From an uncultured Actinomycetota bacterium (GTDB taxonomy: Bacteria > Actinomycetota > UBA4738 > HRBIN12), in NCBI GenBank assembly GCA_963724415.1, contig CAVRUS010000007.1:61888-125887 (forward strand): DNA of 64,000 bases, read 5' to 3'. The translations under genes and the position numbers were made by a program. Position 1 is the first letter of the stretch. Every line of letters starts with the position of its first letter. Below the pieces are notes generated by a model, which saw only the letters and a program-made list of their open reading frames with translations, had not been told where the DNA came from and searched no databases. Shown here in pieces: positions 30,204-39,771 of the stretch.

Positions 30204-30917
30204 ATGACCGACCAGCTCTTCGCGGAGGACGCCTATCTCACCAGTTGCGAGGCCACGGTCGTCGACATCCGCGACGAGGGCGTGATCCTCGACCGCACCG
30301 TCTTCTACGCCCGCGGGGGCGGCCAGCCGGGCGACACCGGCACCCTGCGATGGGACAACGGTATGGCGCGGGTCACCGACACCGTGAAGATGGGCGGCGA
30401 CATCGTCCACCAGGTGGAGGGTGACGCGCCGCTCGTCGGTCATTCGGTGACCGCGGAGATCGACTGGACGCGCCGGCACCGGCTGATGCGCACGCACACC
30501 GCGCTGCACGCGCTCTCCGGGGTGATCTTCCGTGAGTTCGGCGCGAAGGTGACCGGCGGGAACATGGACGACATGGGGTCGGCTCGCATGGACTTCGAGC
30601 TCGACGAGATGAGCCAGGAGCTCGGCAAAGAGGTCGAGGGCAAGCTCAACGAGGAGCTCAACAAGAACCGGCCCGTGCACGTGAGCTTCCTCCCGCGCGC
30701 CGAGGCGCTCTCGGACCCGGATCTGATCCGCACGAAGGTGAGCCTGATCCCCGACTCCGTCGATCCGATCCGCGTGATCGACATCGAGGGGATCGACAAG
30801 CAGGCCGACGGCGGGACCCACGTGAAGGCGACCGGCGAGGTCGGTCACGTGACGGTCGTGAAGACCGAGTCGAAGGGCAAGGCCTTCAAGCGGATGCGGA
30901 TCCAGCTCGAGGAGTGA
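30204..30917 (+). CDS. alaX: Alanyl-tRNA editing protein AlaX
   Basis: FYARGGGQPGDTG, MRTHTALH, DGGTHV. Confidence 0.88.
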   Translation: MTDQLFAEDAYLTSCEATVVDIRDEGVILDRTVFYARGGGQPGDTGTLRWDNGMARVTDTVKMGGDIVHQVEGDAPLVGHSVTAEIDWTRRHRLMRTHTALHALSGVIFREFGAKVTGGNMDDMGSARMDFELDEMSQELGKEVEGKLNEELNKNRPVHVSFLPRAEALSDPDLIRTKVSLIPDSVDPIRVIDIEGIDKQADGGTHVKATGEVGHVTVVKTESKGKAFKRMRIQLEE

Positions 30918-32852
30918 TCAGCCGCCCAGGACCAGGCCGATCACCAGGAACACAAGGTAGGCGATCACCCCACCGGCGGTGAGCATCAACCGGAGCTGCG
31001 AAGGGATCGGCGACTTCCCGAACGCGAAGTAGAGCAACGGTCCCACGAACGGTACGAGGAGCACGACCGCCATCCACTTCGACCGCTGCGCGATCGTGTC
31101 GGCGTCCCGGCGGATGAGGTCCCACATCGCGATCGCCACCCATGACGCGTACAGGACGAACGGCAGGATGTATCCGTACAGCCCGAGGAGCAGGCTCCAC
31201 CAGCTCGACGCGATGAGCGGCACTCCCATGAGGCTGACCTCCTGGCTGATCTCGGGTCCGCGCGCGGCGCGGATGTCGTCGACGGCGCGGATGCGGTAGC
31301 GGCCGGGCACCGCTTCTTCGGGGATCGCGGGGTCGGGCGGGGCCGTGGCGGGATCGTCGGGCATGTCGGGCAAGGATGTCGGCGGATCCGGCTGCTCACG
31401 CCAGTCGCCGTGCGGGAACTCGCCGTCGAGCGAATCGATGTACCGGGACAGGACGTTCGTCGTGGGTCCCATGCTCCCGCCGCCGCCCGGGAAGGGACGG
31501 AAGCCGCTGCAGGGGAACAGGGCCTCGATGGCCGGGGGCACGCTGGTCGATGCGTCGTTGCCCTCGAAGCAGTCACCGCCGGCGGAGGGGGCCGCGAGGG
31601 CGAGGTCGGCCCTGCCGCTCCTGCGGACGAGGTTGTCGCGGACCTGGTTCCCGCCCGAGGGCCAGAAGTTCACGTCCACGATCGGGATCATCGCGATGCC
31701 GTACGTCGCCTGGTCCTCGACGAGGTTGCCGACGATCCGGTCGTCGCGGCCGCCGGCGACGACGATGCCCATCCCGAACGGCACGTACTCGTATCCCTTC
31801 GCGTCGACCGTGGTGGAGTTGTTGTGGTGGACGTGGTTGCCGGCGATCAGCACGTCTCGCTGCGGCGCGAAGGGTTCGGAATCGAGCGTGTTGGGCACGA
31901 TCCCGGCCAGGTTCCTCCGCCACTCGCTGTTCACGATCGCCAATCCGCCGCCCGCGTTCGTGCCGGAGAACCCGAGCGCGTTGTGTTCGGCGAGCACGTC
32001 GGTGATCAGCGTGTCGCACGGGTTGCACGCCCCTACGTAGAAGCCGGCGTCGGGCGAGCCGCTCGCGTAGGAATGATCGAACCGTCCCCAGCGCGATCCG
32101 AACGCGTAGATGCCGTAGTCGCCGTTCGTCGACGCCGTGAGGTAGGAACCTCGGAATCCGAGCACCTCCGACCAATAGAAACCGTTGAGCAGGTAGTGCC
32201 GCGCGGTGAGGTTCTCGATCGCGACGCCGTCGGCTTCGATCACGTGGATCCCGTTCGCTCGTTCGAATCCGCCGTCCAGGATCGTGTCGTTGCGGTCCAT
32301 CCCCCGGATCGTGAGGTACGGCGTGGTGACGACCACCGCTTCGCGATAGACGCCGGGGTCGATCAGGACGAGGCCGCCCGGCTCGGCGCGGTCGACGGCC
32401 TCCTGGATCGTCGGCTCGTCGTCCGGGACCCGGACGGTGCCCGTCGGCACCGACGGGACGGGGTCGGGGCCGGGAACCCCACCCCCGGGGAGAGGGGCGT
32501 CGCCGACCACGACCGTGCCGGTCATCCCGACGCCCGGGCGGCCGTGGTAGCGGCAGAAGAAGGGGAAGACGCCCTCGGCGTCGAAGGTGTGGTCGAACTC
32601 CGTTCCCGGTTCGAGGTTCCCCGACGTCCACGAGCCGTCGTCGGCCTCGACGGTGTGCGGTGAGCGACCGTCCATCGTCCACTCCACCGTGTCACCGATC
32701 TCGATCCGGACGATCTCCGGTGTGAACACGTTGTCGATCGCCGAGATGGATGCGCCGTACGCGCCTTCCTCCGCGGTGTCCTGCGCCCCCGCCGGCATGC
32801 CCGACAGCACGAACAGCGCGGCGAGCACCACGACGGTCGCGAGGCGCCGCAT
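30918..32852 (-). CDS. Secreted cupredoxin + right-handed beta-helix protein with C-terminal PLDc_N-like membrane anchor
   Basis: Signal peptide; PHTV..FFCRYHG..GMTGTV; TIQEAVD..PGVYRE; C-terminal W..VVLLVPFVGPLLY. Confidence 0.8.
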   Translation of the reverse strand: MRRLATVVVLAALFVLSGMPAGAQDTAEEGAYGASISAIDNVFTPEIVRIEIGDTVEWTMDGRSPHTVEADDGSWTSGNLEPGTEFDHTFDAEGVFPFFCRYHGRPGVGMTGTVVVGDAPLPGGGVPGPDPVPSVPTGTVRVPDDEPTIQEAVDRAEPGGLVLIDPGVYREAVVVTTPYLTIRGMDRNDTILDGGFERANGIHVIEADGVAIENLTARHYLLNGFYWSEVLGFRGSYLTASTNGDYGIYAFGSRWGRFDHSYASGSPDAGFYVGACNPCDTLITDVLAEHNALGFSGTNAGGGLAIVNSEWRRNLAGIVPNTLDSEPFAPQRDVLIAGNHVHHNNSTTVDAKGYEYVPFGMGIVVAGGRDDRIVGNLVEDQATYGIAMIPIVDVNFWPSGGNQVRDNLVRRSGRADLALAAPSAGGDCFEGNDASTSVPPAIEALFPCSGFRPFPGGGGSMGPTTNVLSRYIDSLDGEFPHGDWREQPDPPTSLPDMPDDPATAPPDPAIPEEAVPGRYRIRAVDDIRAARGPEISQEVSLMGVPLIASSWWSLLLGLYGYILPFVLYASWVAIAMWDLIRRDADTIAQRSKWMAVVLLVPFVGPLLYFAFGKSPIPSQLRLMLTAGGVIAYLVFLVIGLVLGG

Positions 32853-32876
32853 CGCGCCGGACCCTAGCATGGGTGC

Positions 32877-34259
32877 ATGCCGACGGAGCGACTGTCGAGT
32901 CTCGACGCGAGCTTCCTCTACCTCGAGAAGCCCGGCGTGCACATGCACGTCGCCGGGCTCTCCACCTTCGGACCGCGTGAAGACGGCACCGCGCTGACGT
33001 ACGACGACGTCGAACGCGTGGTCGAGCGGCGCCTTCGGCTCGCCCCGAGACTCCGCCGCAAGCTGCTGTCGGTTCCGGGGAACCTGTCCCGGCCCGTGTG
33101 GGTGGACGACGATCGATTCGACCTGGACTTCCACCTCCGCCATGCGTCCGTGCCGTCGCCGGGCGGCCGGTTCGAGCTGGGGCGTGCCGCGGGTCGTGTC
33201 CTTTCCCGCCCGCTCGATCGGACCAAGCCTCTCTGGGAGCTCTACGTCTTCGAGGGGCTGGCGGACGATCGGACCGCGATCCTGCTGAAGCTCCACCACG
33301 CGATGGCGGACGGGATCGGCGGGATGATGATCGCGTCTGCCCTGTTCGACCTGGCCTCCGACACGCCGGCCGGCGAGCCGGACGACACGTGGTCGCCCGA
33401 GCCGGCGCCGCCTTCGGATGAGCTCGTCCGCGACGCGGTGGAGGACGCGATCCTCCACCCGATCCAGAGCCTCGGTCACGTCGCGCGGCAACCGCGGATC
33501 ATGGCCGAGACGATGTCGGCCACGGCGGCTGCGCTCCGGACCGTGGTGGGGATGGGGACCCCGCCGCGTGGACCCTTCGACGGGAAGGTCGGTCCGAACC
33601 GTCGGTTCGCGACCGCCGAGCGCCCGTTCCCCGTCTTCCGCTCGATCAAGGAAGCGCTCGGCGGGACCGTGAACGACGTCGTCCTCGCGACCGTCGCCGG
33701 CGGTGTGCACACCCTGCTCGAGAGCCGCGGGGAGGCGACGAAGGGCCGGACCCTGCGAGCGATGGTGCCCGTGTCGGTGCGCTCGCGCGGGGACAGTGGC
33801 GACATCGGCAACCGTGTCGCCCCCGTGTTCGTGGACGTCCCGGTCGGGCGGATGGCACCGCGGACGCGCCTGCGGCGTGTCCGCGCCGCCACCGCTCGGA
33901 TCAAGGAGTCGGGTCTCGCGGTGGGCGCCGACACGATCATCGGCCTCGGCGCATACGCGCCGCCGGCGCTCCACGCGACGGCGGCGCGTCTGATGGCGCA
34001 GGCGCGCTGGTGCAACCTGGTCGTGTCGAACATCCCGGCGCCACAGGTGCCGCTCTACCTCGCCGGAGCGCCCCTGGAGGCGAGCTATCCGGCGATGAAC
34101 CTCAAGGAGGACTGCGGGCTCTCGATCGCGTGCACCTCCGCCGCCGGGACCATGGCGTTCGGTCTCACCGCCGACTGGGACCTCGTCCCCGACGTCGACG
34201 TGCTCGCGCTCGGGATCGGCGCCGCAACCGACGAGCTGGCCGAGGCCGCCGGCGGTTAG
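32877..34259 (+). CDS. Wax ester synthase/diacylglycerol acyltransferase
   Basis: LDASFL, KPLWE, HHAMADG, TVNDV, VSNIP. Confidence 0.92.
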   Translation: MPTERLSSLDASFLYLEKPGVHMHVAGLSTFGPREDGTALTYDDVERVVERRLRLAPRLRRKLLSVPGNLSRPVWVDDDRFDLDFHLRHASVPSPGGRFELGRAAGRVLSRPLDRTKPLWELYVFEGLADDRTAILLKLHHAMADGIGGMMIASALFDLASDTPAGEPDDTWSPEPAPPSDELVRDAVEDAILHPIQSLGHVARQPRIMAETMSATAAALRTVVGMGTPPRGPFDGKVGPNRRFATAERPFPVFRSIKEALGGTVNDVVLATVAGGVHTLLESRGEATKGRTLRAMVPVSVRSRGDSGDIGNRVAPVFVDVPVGRMAPRTRLRRVRAATARIKESGLAVGADTIIGLGAYAPPALHATAARLMAQARWCNLVVSNIPAPQVPLYLAGAPLEASYPAMNLKEDCGLSIACTSAAGTMAFGLTADWDLVPDVDVLALGIGAATDELAEAAGG

Positions 34260-35140
34260 TCGAACGCGTCCGTGGACCAGTCGGCGACCTCAGCCAGCCA
34301 CCGGCCGGGCGCCTCCATCTGCGGGATGTGACCGAGATCGCGGAAGAACCGCCCTCTCCATGCCGGGTGGCGCGCCAGCTCGGCCTCCGCGAACGCAGCC
34401 GGGACGAGGCGATCCCGGCGCCCGTGGAGCAGGAGGACCGGACACGACACGTTGTCCAGCGCGCGTCGGGCGATCTGCGGGCGGCGCCCCAGGCGCAGCA
34501 TCGAGCGGGTGGCCTCGATGAACGAGCGCGTCACGTCCGGGTCGTCCCTCCGCTCGCGTGCGAGGTCGATGAGCAGCCGCACCACCTCGTCGGGGATCGA
34601 TCTCGGGTCGGCTGCGAGTACCTGGAGGCTGAGCCGCACCATCTGCGCGGGGTCCATCTCGCGCACCCGCCACGCCACGACCGCTTCACCGAGGCGGGGC
34701 GTGGCGTAGATCCCGAACGCGGCCAGGACCAGCGGGTGGGGGGCCGCTCTGAACCTCCAGGGGAACACGCTGTTCGTCAACACGATCCCGGCGACGGTGG
34801 CCGGCTCGACCGCGGCTTGGAGGATCGAGATCGCTCCTCCCATCGAGTTCCCGCAGAGGATGATCCGGGGAGCTTCGATCCACCCGATCAAGGCTGAGAG
34901 CGCCCGCCGTTGGTCCATCAGACCGGCGCCACGGCCCGCCAGCGGCGAGGCCCCGAAGCCAGGAAGGTCGACCGCGATCACGCGGCCCCATCCGGAGAGG
35001 CCCTCCCCGACCTGGATCCAGGAGAGGTGTGACGCCCCCAGCCCATGAACCAGCACGAAGGCGGTGTCCGAGGGGCCGTCCCAAGCCCGATAGGCGATCG
35101 GCCCCTCGAGATCGACGGTCTGGATCTCCGGCAGCTCCAT
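34256..35140 (-). CDS. Alpha/beta hydrolase
   Basis: LVHGLG, DLPGFG, GNSMGG, GHIPQME. Confidence 0.9.
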   Translation of the reverse strand: MELPEIQTVDLEGPIAYRAWDGPSDTAFVLVHGLGASHLSWIQVGEGLSGWGRVIAVDLPGFGASPLAGRGAGLMDQRRALSALIGWIEAPRIILCGNSMGGAISILQAAVEPATVAGIVLTNSVFPWRFRAAPHPLVLAAFGIYATPRLGEAVVAWRVREMDPAQMVRLSLQVLAADPRSIPDEVVRLLIDLARERRDDPDVTRSFIEATRSMLRLGRRPQIARRALDNVSCPVLLLHGRRDRLVPAAFAEAELARHPAWRGRFFRDLGHIPQMEAPGRWLAEVADWSTDAFD

Positions 35141-35212
35141 CGGCGAAGAGTAGCCCTGGAGGGGTTGACCCCGGGTCAATACCTCTTCTCACCAGGGAAA
35201 TCTTCTGGCGGC

Positions 35213-35237
35213 GTTTGGCGTTGCAAGCCCTGGGTAT
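35213..35237 (+). promoter_or_regulatory. SigB/SigF-type promoter upstream of sigma factor gene
   Basis: GTTT-N15-GGGTAT. Confidence 0.5.
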
Positions 35238-35306
35238 CGATGGTGGACCAGCTCCGCAATCCGTGCGCGGCAGGGATTTTTCACAGGACCGCCACACGGG
35301 TCCAGC

Positions 35307-35335
35307 TTTACAGGAACGGGAGTGCCCCCTACCAT
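35307..35335 (+). promoter_or_regulatory. Sigma-A type promoter upstream of sigma factor gene
   Basis: TTTACA-N17-TACCAT. Confidence 0.55.
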
Positions 35336-35459
35336 GGGATCGAGCGACCGGGGGGAAGTCTAGTCCACTCTGCCTACGTGGTCGCTCGGCGGAACAACGA
35401 GAACCCGGGTACGACCGGCTCGGAGCGGGTACGGACCTTGGGGAGGAGCGTGATACGGA

Positions 35460-36395
35460 TTGCCTGAACCGGCACGTCCCCTAGGGACTGACGACGCTGA
35501 TGATCTTCGCCTCTACCTCGAGGCCGCGGCTCGAGAGCCGCTGCTCACCAAGGAGGAAGAGGTCGAACTCGCCATGACGATCGAGGCGGGCAAGGAGGCG
35601 GAGGACCGCCTCCGCGCCGGCCGTCTCCGGTCGGAGAAGAGCATCGCGAAGGCTCGCCGTGATATCCGGACGGCAGAGGCCGCGCGCCAGCGTTTCATCA
35701 TGGCGAACCTCCGGCTGGTCGTTTCCGTGGCCCGGAAGTACCAGGGCCAGGGCCTGCCCCTCCTCGACCTGATCCAGGAGGGCAACATCGGGCTGATGCG
35801 GGCCGTCGAGCTGTTCGACTGGCGTCGGGGGTTCAAGTTCTCGACCTACGCGACGTGGTGGATCCGTCAGGGCATCACGCGGGCGATCGCCGACCGCTCG
35901 CGGTCGATCCGCCTGCCCGTCCACATCCACGACCGCCTCCGGAAGCTGAACCGCACCCGGTTCCAGTTCGCGCAGTCGATGGGCCGCGAGCCCTCGCGCG
36001 AGGAGCTGGCCAAGGCGCTCGACACCACCGTCGACGAGATCGACGACCTCACGGAGATGGGTCGGCGCGAGCCGCTCTCGCTCCAGTCGCCGGTCGGCGA
36101 GGACACCGAGCTCGGCGACCTGATCGAGGAGATCGACTCCGAGGCAGGGTTCGCCGAGGTCGAGGACCAGCTGCTCCGCGAGGAGATCGGCGGCGCCGTC
36201 GACAAGGTGCTCGACGAGCGCGAGCGGCACGTGGTGGCGCTGCGCTACGGGCTCGAGAACGGGCAGCCGCTGTCGCTGCGGGAGACCGGGAAGGTGCTGG
36301 GACTCTCGGGTGAGCGGGTCCGCCTGATCGAGCGCGAGGCGCTCCGGAAGCTCCGGGACTCGAACCTGATCACCGGCGTGGCTCTGGGCGGCTGA
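35460..36395 (+). CDS. RNA polymerase sigma-70 factor, RpoD-like group 2 (no region 1.1)
   Basis: [48 protein letters not shown]. Confidence 0.92.
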   Translation: MPEPARPLGTDDADDLRLYLEAAAREPLLTKEEEVELAMTIEAGKEAEDRLRAGRLRSEKSIAKARRDIRTAEAARQRFIMANLRLVVSVARKYQGQGLPLLDLIQEGNIGLMRAVELFDWRRGFKFSTYATWWIRQGITRAIADRSRSIRLPVHIHDRLRKLNRTRFQFAQSMGREPSREELAKALDTTVDEIDDLTEMGRREPLSLQSPVGEDTELGDLIEEIDSEAGFAEVEDQLLREEIGGAVDKVLDERERHVVALRYGLENGQPLSLRETGKVLGLSGERVRLIEREALRKLRDSNLITGVALGG

Positions 36396-36415
36396 CGCCG
36401 CCCGGCGTCGTCGGA

Positions 36416-36715
36416 CTACGAGATCGGGACGACGCTGCGCACCTGGATCTGGTTGCTGACGTCCGTGACCCCTCGCGTGTCCCAGGCGTCGTCACCCGCC
36501 GCCCGCTTCGCGACGGTCGTGCTCGCGGTCCCGGTCAAGATCACGACACCCTTCTTCACGTCCACCTCGATGTCGTACTGATCCGCGTAGGGACCGACCC
36601 GGATCTGATCCAGGAGGTCCTGCTTGATGTCGCTGTCAGACCGTCCGTCGTTCGCATCGTCGGCGTACCACTCGTAGTAGTAGCGGTTCTCGGGATATGC
36701 CCACGGGTTCTTCAT
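36416..36715 (-). CDS. BON domain protein
   Basis: SDSDIK..IEVDVKKGVVILTG..GVTDVSNQIQV; GGAGG SD. Confidence 0.82.
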   Translation of the reverse strand: MKNPWAYPENRYYYEWYADDANDGRSDSDIKQDLLDQIRVGPYADQYDIEVDVKKGVVILTGTASTTVAKRAAGDDAWDTRGVTDVSNQIQVRSVVPIS

Positions 36716-36762
36716 CGGAGACCACCTCCGCCTGCTCCGTACCCCGGACGTCTCCGGCCTAA

Positions 36763-37461
36763 TCAGGCAGGATCCCGGGCGAGCGAGCGCGCTTCGGTCA
36801 GCTGGTGTTCGAGCGCCTGGTGGACGAGCGCCACGAACGCGTCGATGTCGTCCTGGACGTCGATGTCGCCGTGCGGCTCGATCGGTTCCCCGAAGGTGAG
36901 GGCGAGACGGGGTCGGACGGGCCCGCCCCAGTGACGGCCTGACTTCGACCATCGGCGGTGGGTTCCCCAGACCCCGACCGGGACGACCGGCGCACCGCTC
37001 GGAAGGGCGATCCTCGCGACCCCGCTCCGGGCCCGCTGGAGCTCGCCGGGGTGGGGGTTCACCGTTCCCTCCGGCGCGATCGCGGTCACGGCGCCGCGTC
37101 GGATCGTGGCGATCGCCTCGTCCAGGGCGCCGGCGTCGCCCTGTCCGCGGCGCACCGGGATCTGCCGGTAGCGGCGGAGGAACCAGCCGCTCACCGGGAC
37201 GCGGAAGATCTCTGCCGCGACGAGGAACCGAACGGTCCGTCGGCGTCGCCATGCCACCTCCGCCGCGAGGCACGGTCCGTCGAGGACGCTGACGTGCACG
37301 AACGCGAGGATCGCCGGACCCTCCAGCGGGACGTGGTGGATGCCGGCGACGCGGACGCGGAACAGCGCGCGCACGATCAGCTCGGCGATCGGCACGCCGA
37401 GCTTCCACCAGATGTTCAGGTCGCCGCGGAGGGCTCGCTCGCTCCCGAGCGTCGATGTCAC
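36763..37461 (-). CDS. Lysophospholipid acyltransferase (PlsC family)
   Basis: HVSVLD, APEGT, PVVPV motifs. Confidence 0.85.
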   Translation of the reverse strand: MTSTLGSERALRGDLNIWWKLGVPIAELIVRALFRVRVAGIHHVPLEGPAILAFVHVSVLDGPCLAAEVAWRRRRTVRFLVAAEIFRVPVSGWFLRRYRQIPVRRGQGDAGALDEAIATIRRGAVTAIAPEGTVNPHPGELQRARSGVARIALPSGAPVVPVGVWGTHRRWSKSGRHWGGPVRPRLALTFGEPIEPHGDIDVQDDIDAFVALVHQALEHQLTEARSLARDPA

Positions 37462-38567
37462 TGGTCGAACACCACGACGGACCGGATCACTTCGCCCGCG
37501 AGCATGGCGCGGAAGGCCTCGTCGAGCTCGGTGAGGCCGAGTTCGCGCGTCACCATCCCGTCGAGGTCCAGGCGGCCCTCGAGCGCCCAGCGGGCCATCT
37601 CGGGGAAGTCCTCCGACGGGATCGGGTCGCCGCCGTCGGTGATCAGGAGCGACGTCTTCCGTGGGTAGGCGGCATGATCGGTCCCGTTCCAGGACAGCGT
37701 GACCTCGGCGGGGATCGGCGGCACGCCGATCGCGACCGCGGTCCCCGCGTAGTCGAGCATCGCCACCGCCTGCGACACGACCGAGGGGACACCGGTCGCC
37801 TCGAACGCGAAGTCGACGCCGTCGCCCTGCGTGAGCTCGCGAACCGCCGCGACGGCGTCGGTCGCGGATGCGTCGACCACGTCGGTGGCGCCGAACCGCT
37901 CCGCCCACGCGAGCTTCGGTGCGGCGACGTCCACGGCGATCAGCCGCTCGGCGCCCGCGATCCTCGCCCCCTGCAGCGCCGCCAGACCGATCCCTCCGAG
38001 GCCGATCACCGCGACGCGGGCGCCGGGCCACACCTTCGCCGTCTGGGTCGCCGCGCCGACGCCCGTGGAGACGCCGCAGCCGAGGAGACAGGCGCTCCGC
38101 AGCGGGAGCTCCGGCGGCATCGGGATCGCCTGGGCCGCGTGGACGACCGTGCGGGTGGCGAGCGTGCCGAGCGAGAGGGTTCCCGCGAGTGGTGCGGCGT
38201 CCCGCGCCCGGCGGACGCGCGGAGGCTGCTGCCACGCATGGGAGCAGCGGCGCGGGACGCCACGCCGGCACGGTCCGCACGTGCCGCACGGGACGGCCCA
38301 AGCGAGCACCACGGGGTCGCCTTCCCTGAGCGTCTCCACCCCGCCGCCGACCTCTTCGATGACCCCCGCTCCCTCGTGACCGAGCAGCATCGGGAACGGT
38401 GCGCCCCAGTTGCCGTTCTCGATCGCCCAGAGATCCGAGTGGCACACGCCGCTCGCCGCCAGACGCACGAGGACCTCGCCCGGTCCGGGGGCATCGATCG
38501 TCAGGTCCTCGAGGCGGACCTCGGCCCCGACCACATCCACGACGGCGCCGATCGCCTCTCGCGTCAC
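37458..38567 (-). CDS. Zn-dependent alcohol dehydrogenase, class III/mycothiol-dependent formaldehyde DH-like
   Basis: GVCHSD, GHEGAG, CGTCGPC, LLGCGVSTG, GEVIRSVV. Confidence 0.85.
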   Translation of the reverse strand: MTREAIGAVVDVVGAEVRLEDLTIDAPGPGEVLVRLAASGVCHSDLWAIENGNWGAPFPMLLGHEGAGVIEEVGGGVETLREGDPVVLAWAVPCGTCGPCRRGVPRRCSHAWQQPPRVRRARDAAPLAGTLSLGTLATRTVVHAAQAIPMPPELPLRSACLLGCGVSTGVGAATQTAKVWPGARVAVIGLGGIGLAALQGARIAGAERLIAVDVAAPKLAWAERFGATDVVDASATDAVAAVRELTQGDGVDFAFEATGVPSVVSQAVAMLDYAGTAVAIGVPPIPAEVTLSWNGTDHAAYPRKTSLLITDGGDPIPSEDFPEMARWALEGRLDLDGMVTRELGLTELDEAFRAMLAGEVIRSVVVFDQ

Positions 38568-38614
38568 CCTTCTCCTTCCGCAGCGAGCGGCTCATGCTAG
38601 CGTCGGCGTCACCC

Positions 38615-39766
38615 ATGGACGTCCAGACGCTCCGCGACCGCGCTCAGGCGCGCTCCTCGGAGTTCCTCGAGGAACTCGAGACGATGGTCAACATCGATTG
38701 CGGGTCGTACTCGCCGTCGGGCGTCAACCGCATCGCGGATCTCTGCGAGCGGCGGTTCCTCGACAACGGCTGGGAGGTCGATCGACGGCCGCACGACGGG
38801 GAACCGCGCCTCGGCGATCTCCTGATCGGCACGCTCCGGGGAGCGGGAGGGCCGAACGTCCTGCTCGTGGGCCACATGGACACCGTCTTCGACGACGGGA
38901 CGGCAGCGGAGCGCCCCTTCACGATCGATGGCGACATCGCCCGGGGCCCCGGTGTCTCGGACATGAAGGCGGGTCTCCTCGCGGGGTTCTTCGCCACCCA
39001 CGTGCTTCAGGACGTCGGTTTCGACGCCTTCGGGACGATCACGTACGTATGCAACCCGGACGAGGAGATCGGGTCGCCGTTCTCGGGGCCGATCATCCGG
39101 GAGCTCGCACCTGCGCACGACGCCGCGTTGGTGCTCGAGGGAGCGCGCGCGAACGGCGACATCGTGTCCTCGCGCAAAGGGATCACGGACTTCACGATCA
39201 CGATCGAGGGGCGCGCGGCGCACGCCGGCGTCGAGCCGGAGAAGGGACGCAACGCCGTCCTCCAGGCGGCCCACACGATCCTCGCGCTCGAGGAGCTCAA
39301 TGACCGCTGGCCCGGCGTCACCTCCAACGTCGGCGTGGTGCGCGGGGGAACCCGCTCGAACGTGGTCGCGGAGCGATGCGAGCTGCAGGTCGACCTCCGA
39401 TCTCCGGAGCTCGCGGCGCTCGAGGAGGCCGAGGCCGAGGTGCAGCGGATCTGCGCCGACCCGGTCGTACCGGACGTCCGGATCACGATCGATGCCCACG
39501 GCTGGCACCGTCCGATGGAGAAGGGCGAGGGCGGGCGTCGGCTCGTGGACATCGCCGTCGGCGCCGCCTCGGAGCTCGGCTTCGAGCTCCGTGACGCGGC
39601 CACCGGCGGCGCCTCGGACGCGAATACCACCAGCTCCGCCGGGACACCCACGATCGACGGCCTCGGACCCATCGGCGGCGACGACCACGGCCCCGCGGAA
39701 TGGGTGGATCTCACCAGCATCGTTCCGCGGACCGCTCTCCTCGCGGCGATCGTCTCGAGGGTGTGA
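38615..39766 (+). CDS. M20 metallopeptidase (glutamate carboxypeptidase-like)
   Basis: GHMDTV, DMKAG, DEEIGS, HAG, GGASDAN, DGLG. Confidence 0.9.
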   Translation: MDVQTLRDRAQARSSEFLEELETMVNIDCGSYSPSGVNRIADLCERRFLDNGWEVDRRPHDGEPRLGDLLIGTLRGAGGPNVLLVGHMDTVFDDGTAAERPFTIDGDIARGPGVSDMKAGLLAGFFATHVLQDVGFDAFGTITYVCNPDEEIGSPFSGPIIRELAPAHDAALVLEGARANGDIVSSRKGITDFTITIEGRAAHAGVEPEKGRNAVLQAAHTILALEELNDRWPGVTSNVGVVRGGTRSNVVAERCELQVDLRSPELAALEEAEAEVQRICADPVVPDVRITIDAHGWHRPMEKGEGGRRLVDIAVGAASELGFELRDAATGGASDANTTSSAGTPTIDGLGPIGGDDHGPAEWVDLTSIVPRTALLAAIVSRV

Positions 39767-39771
39767 CCCGC

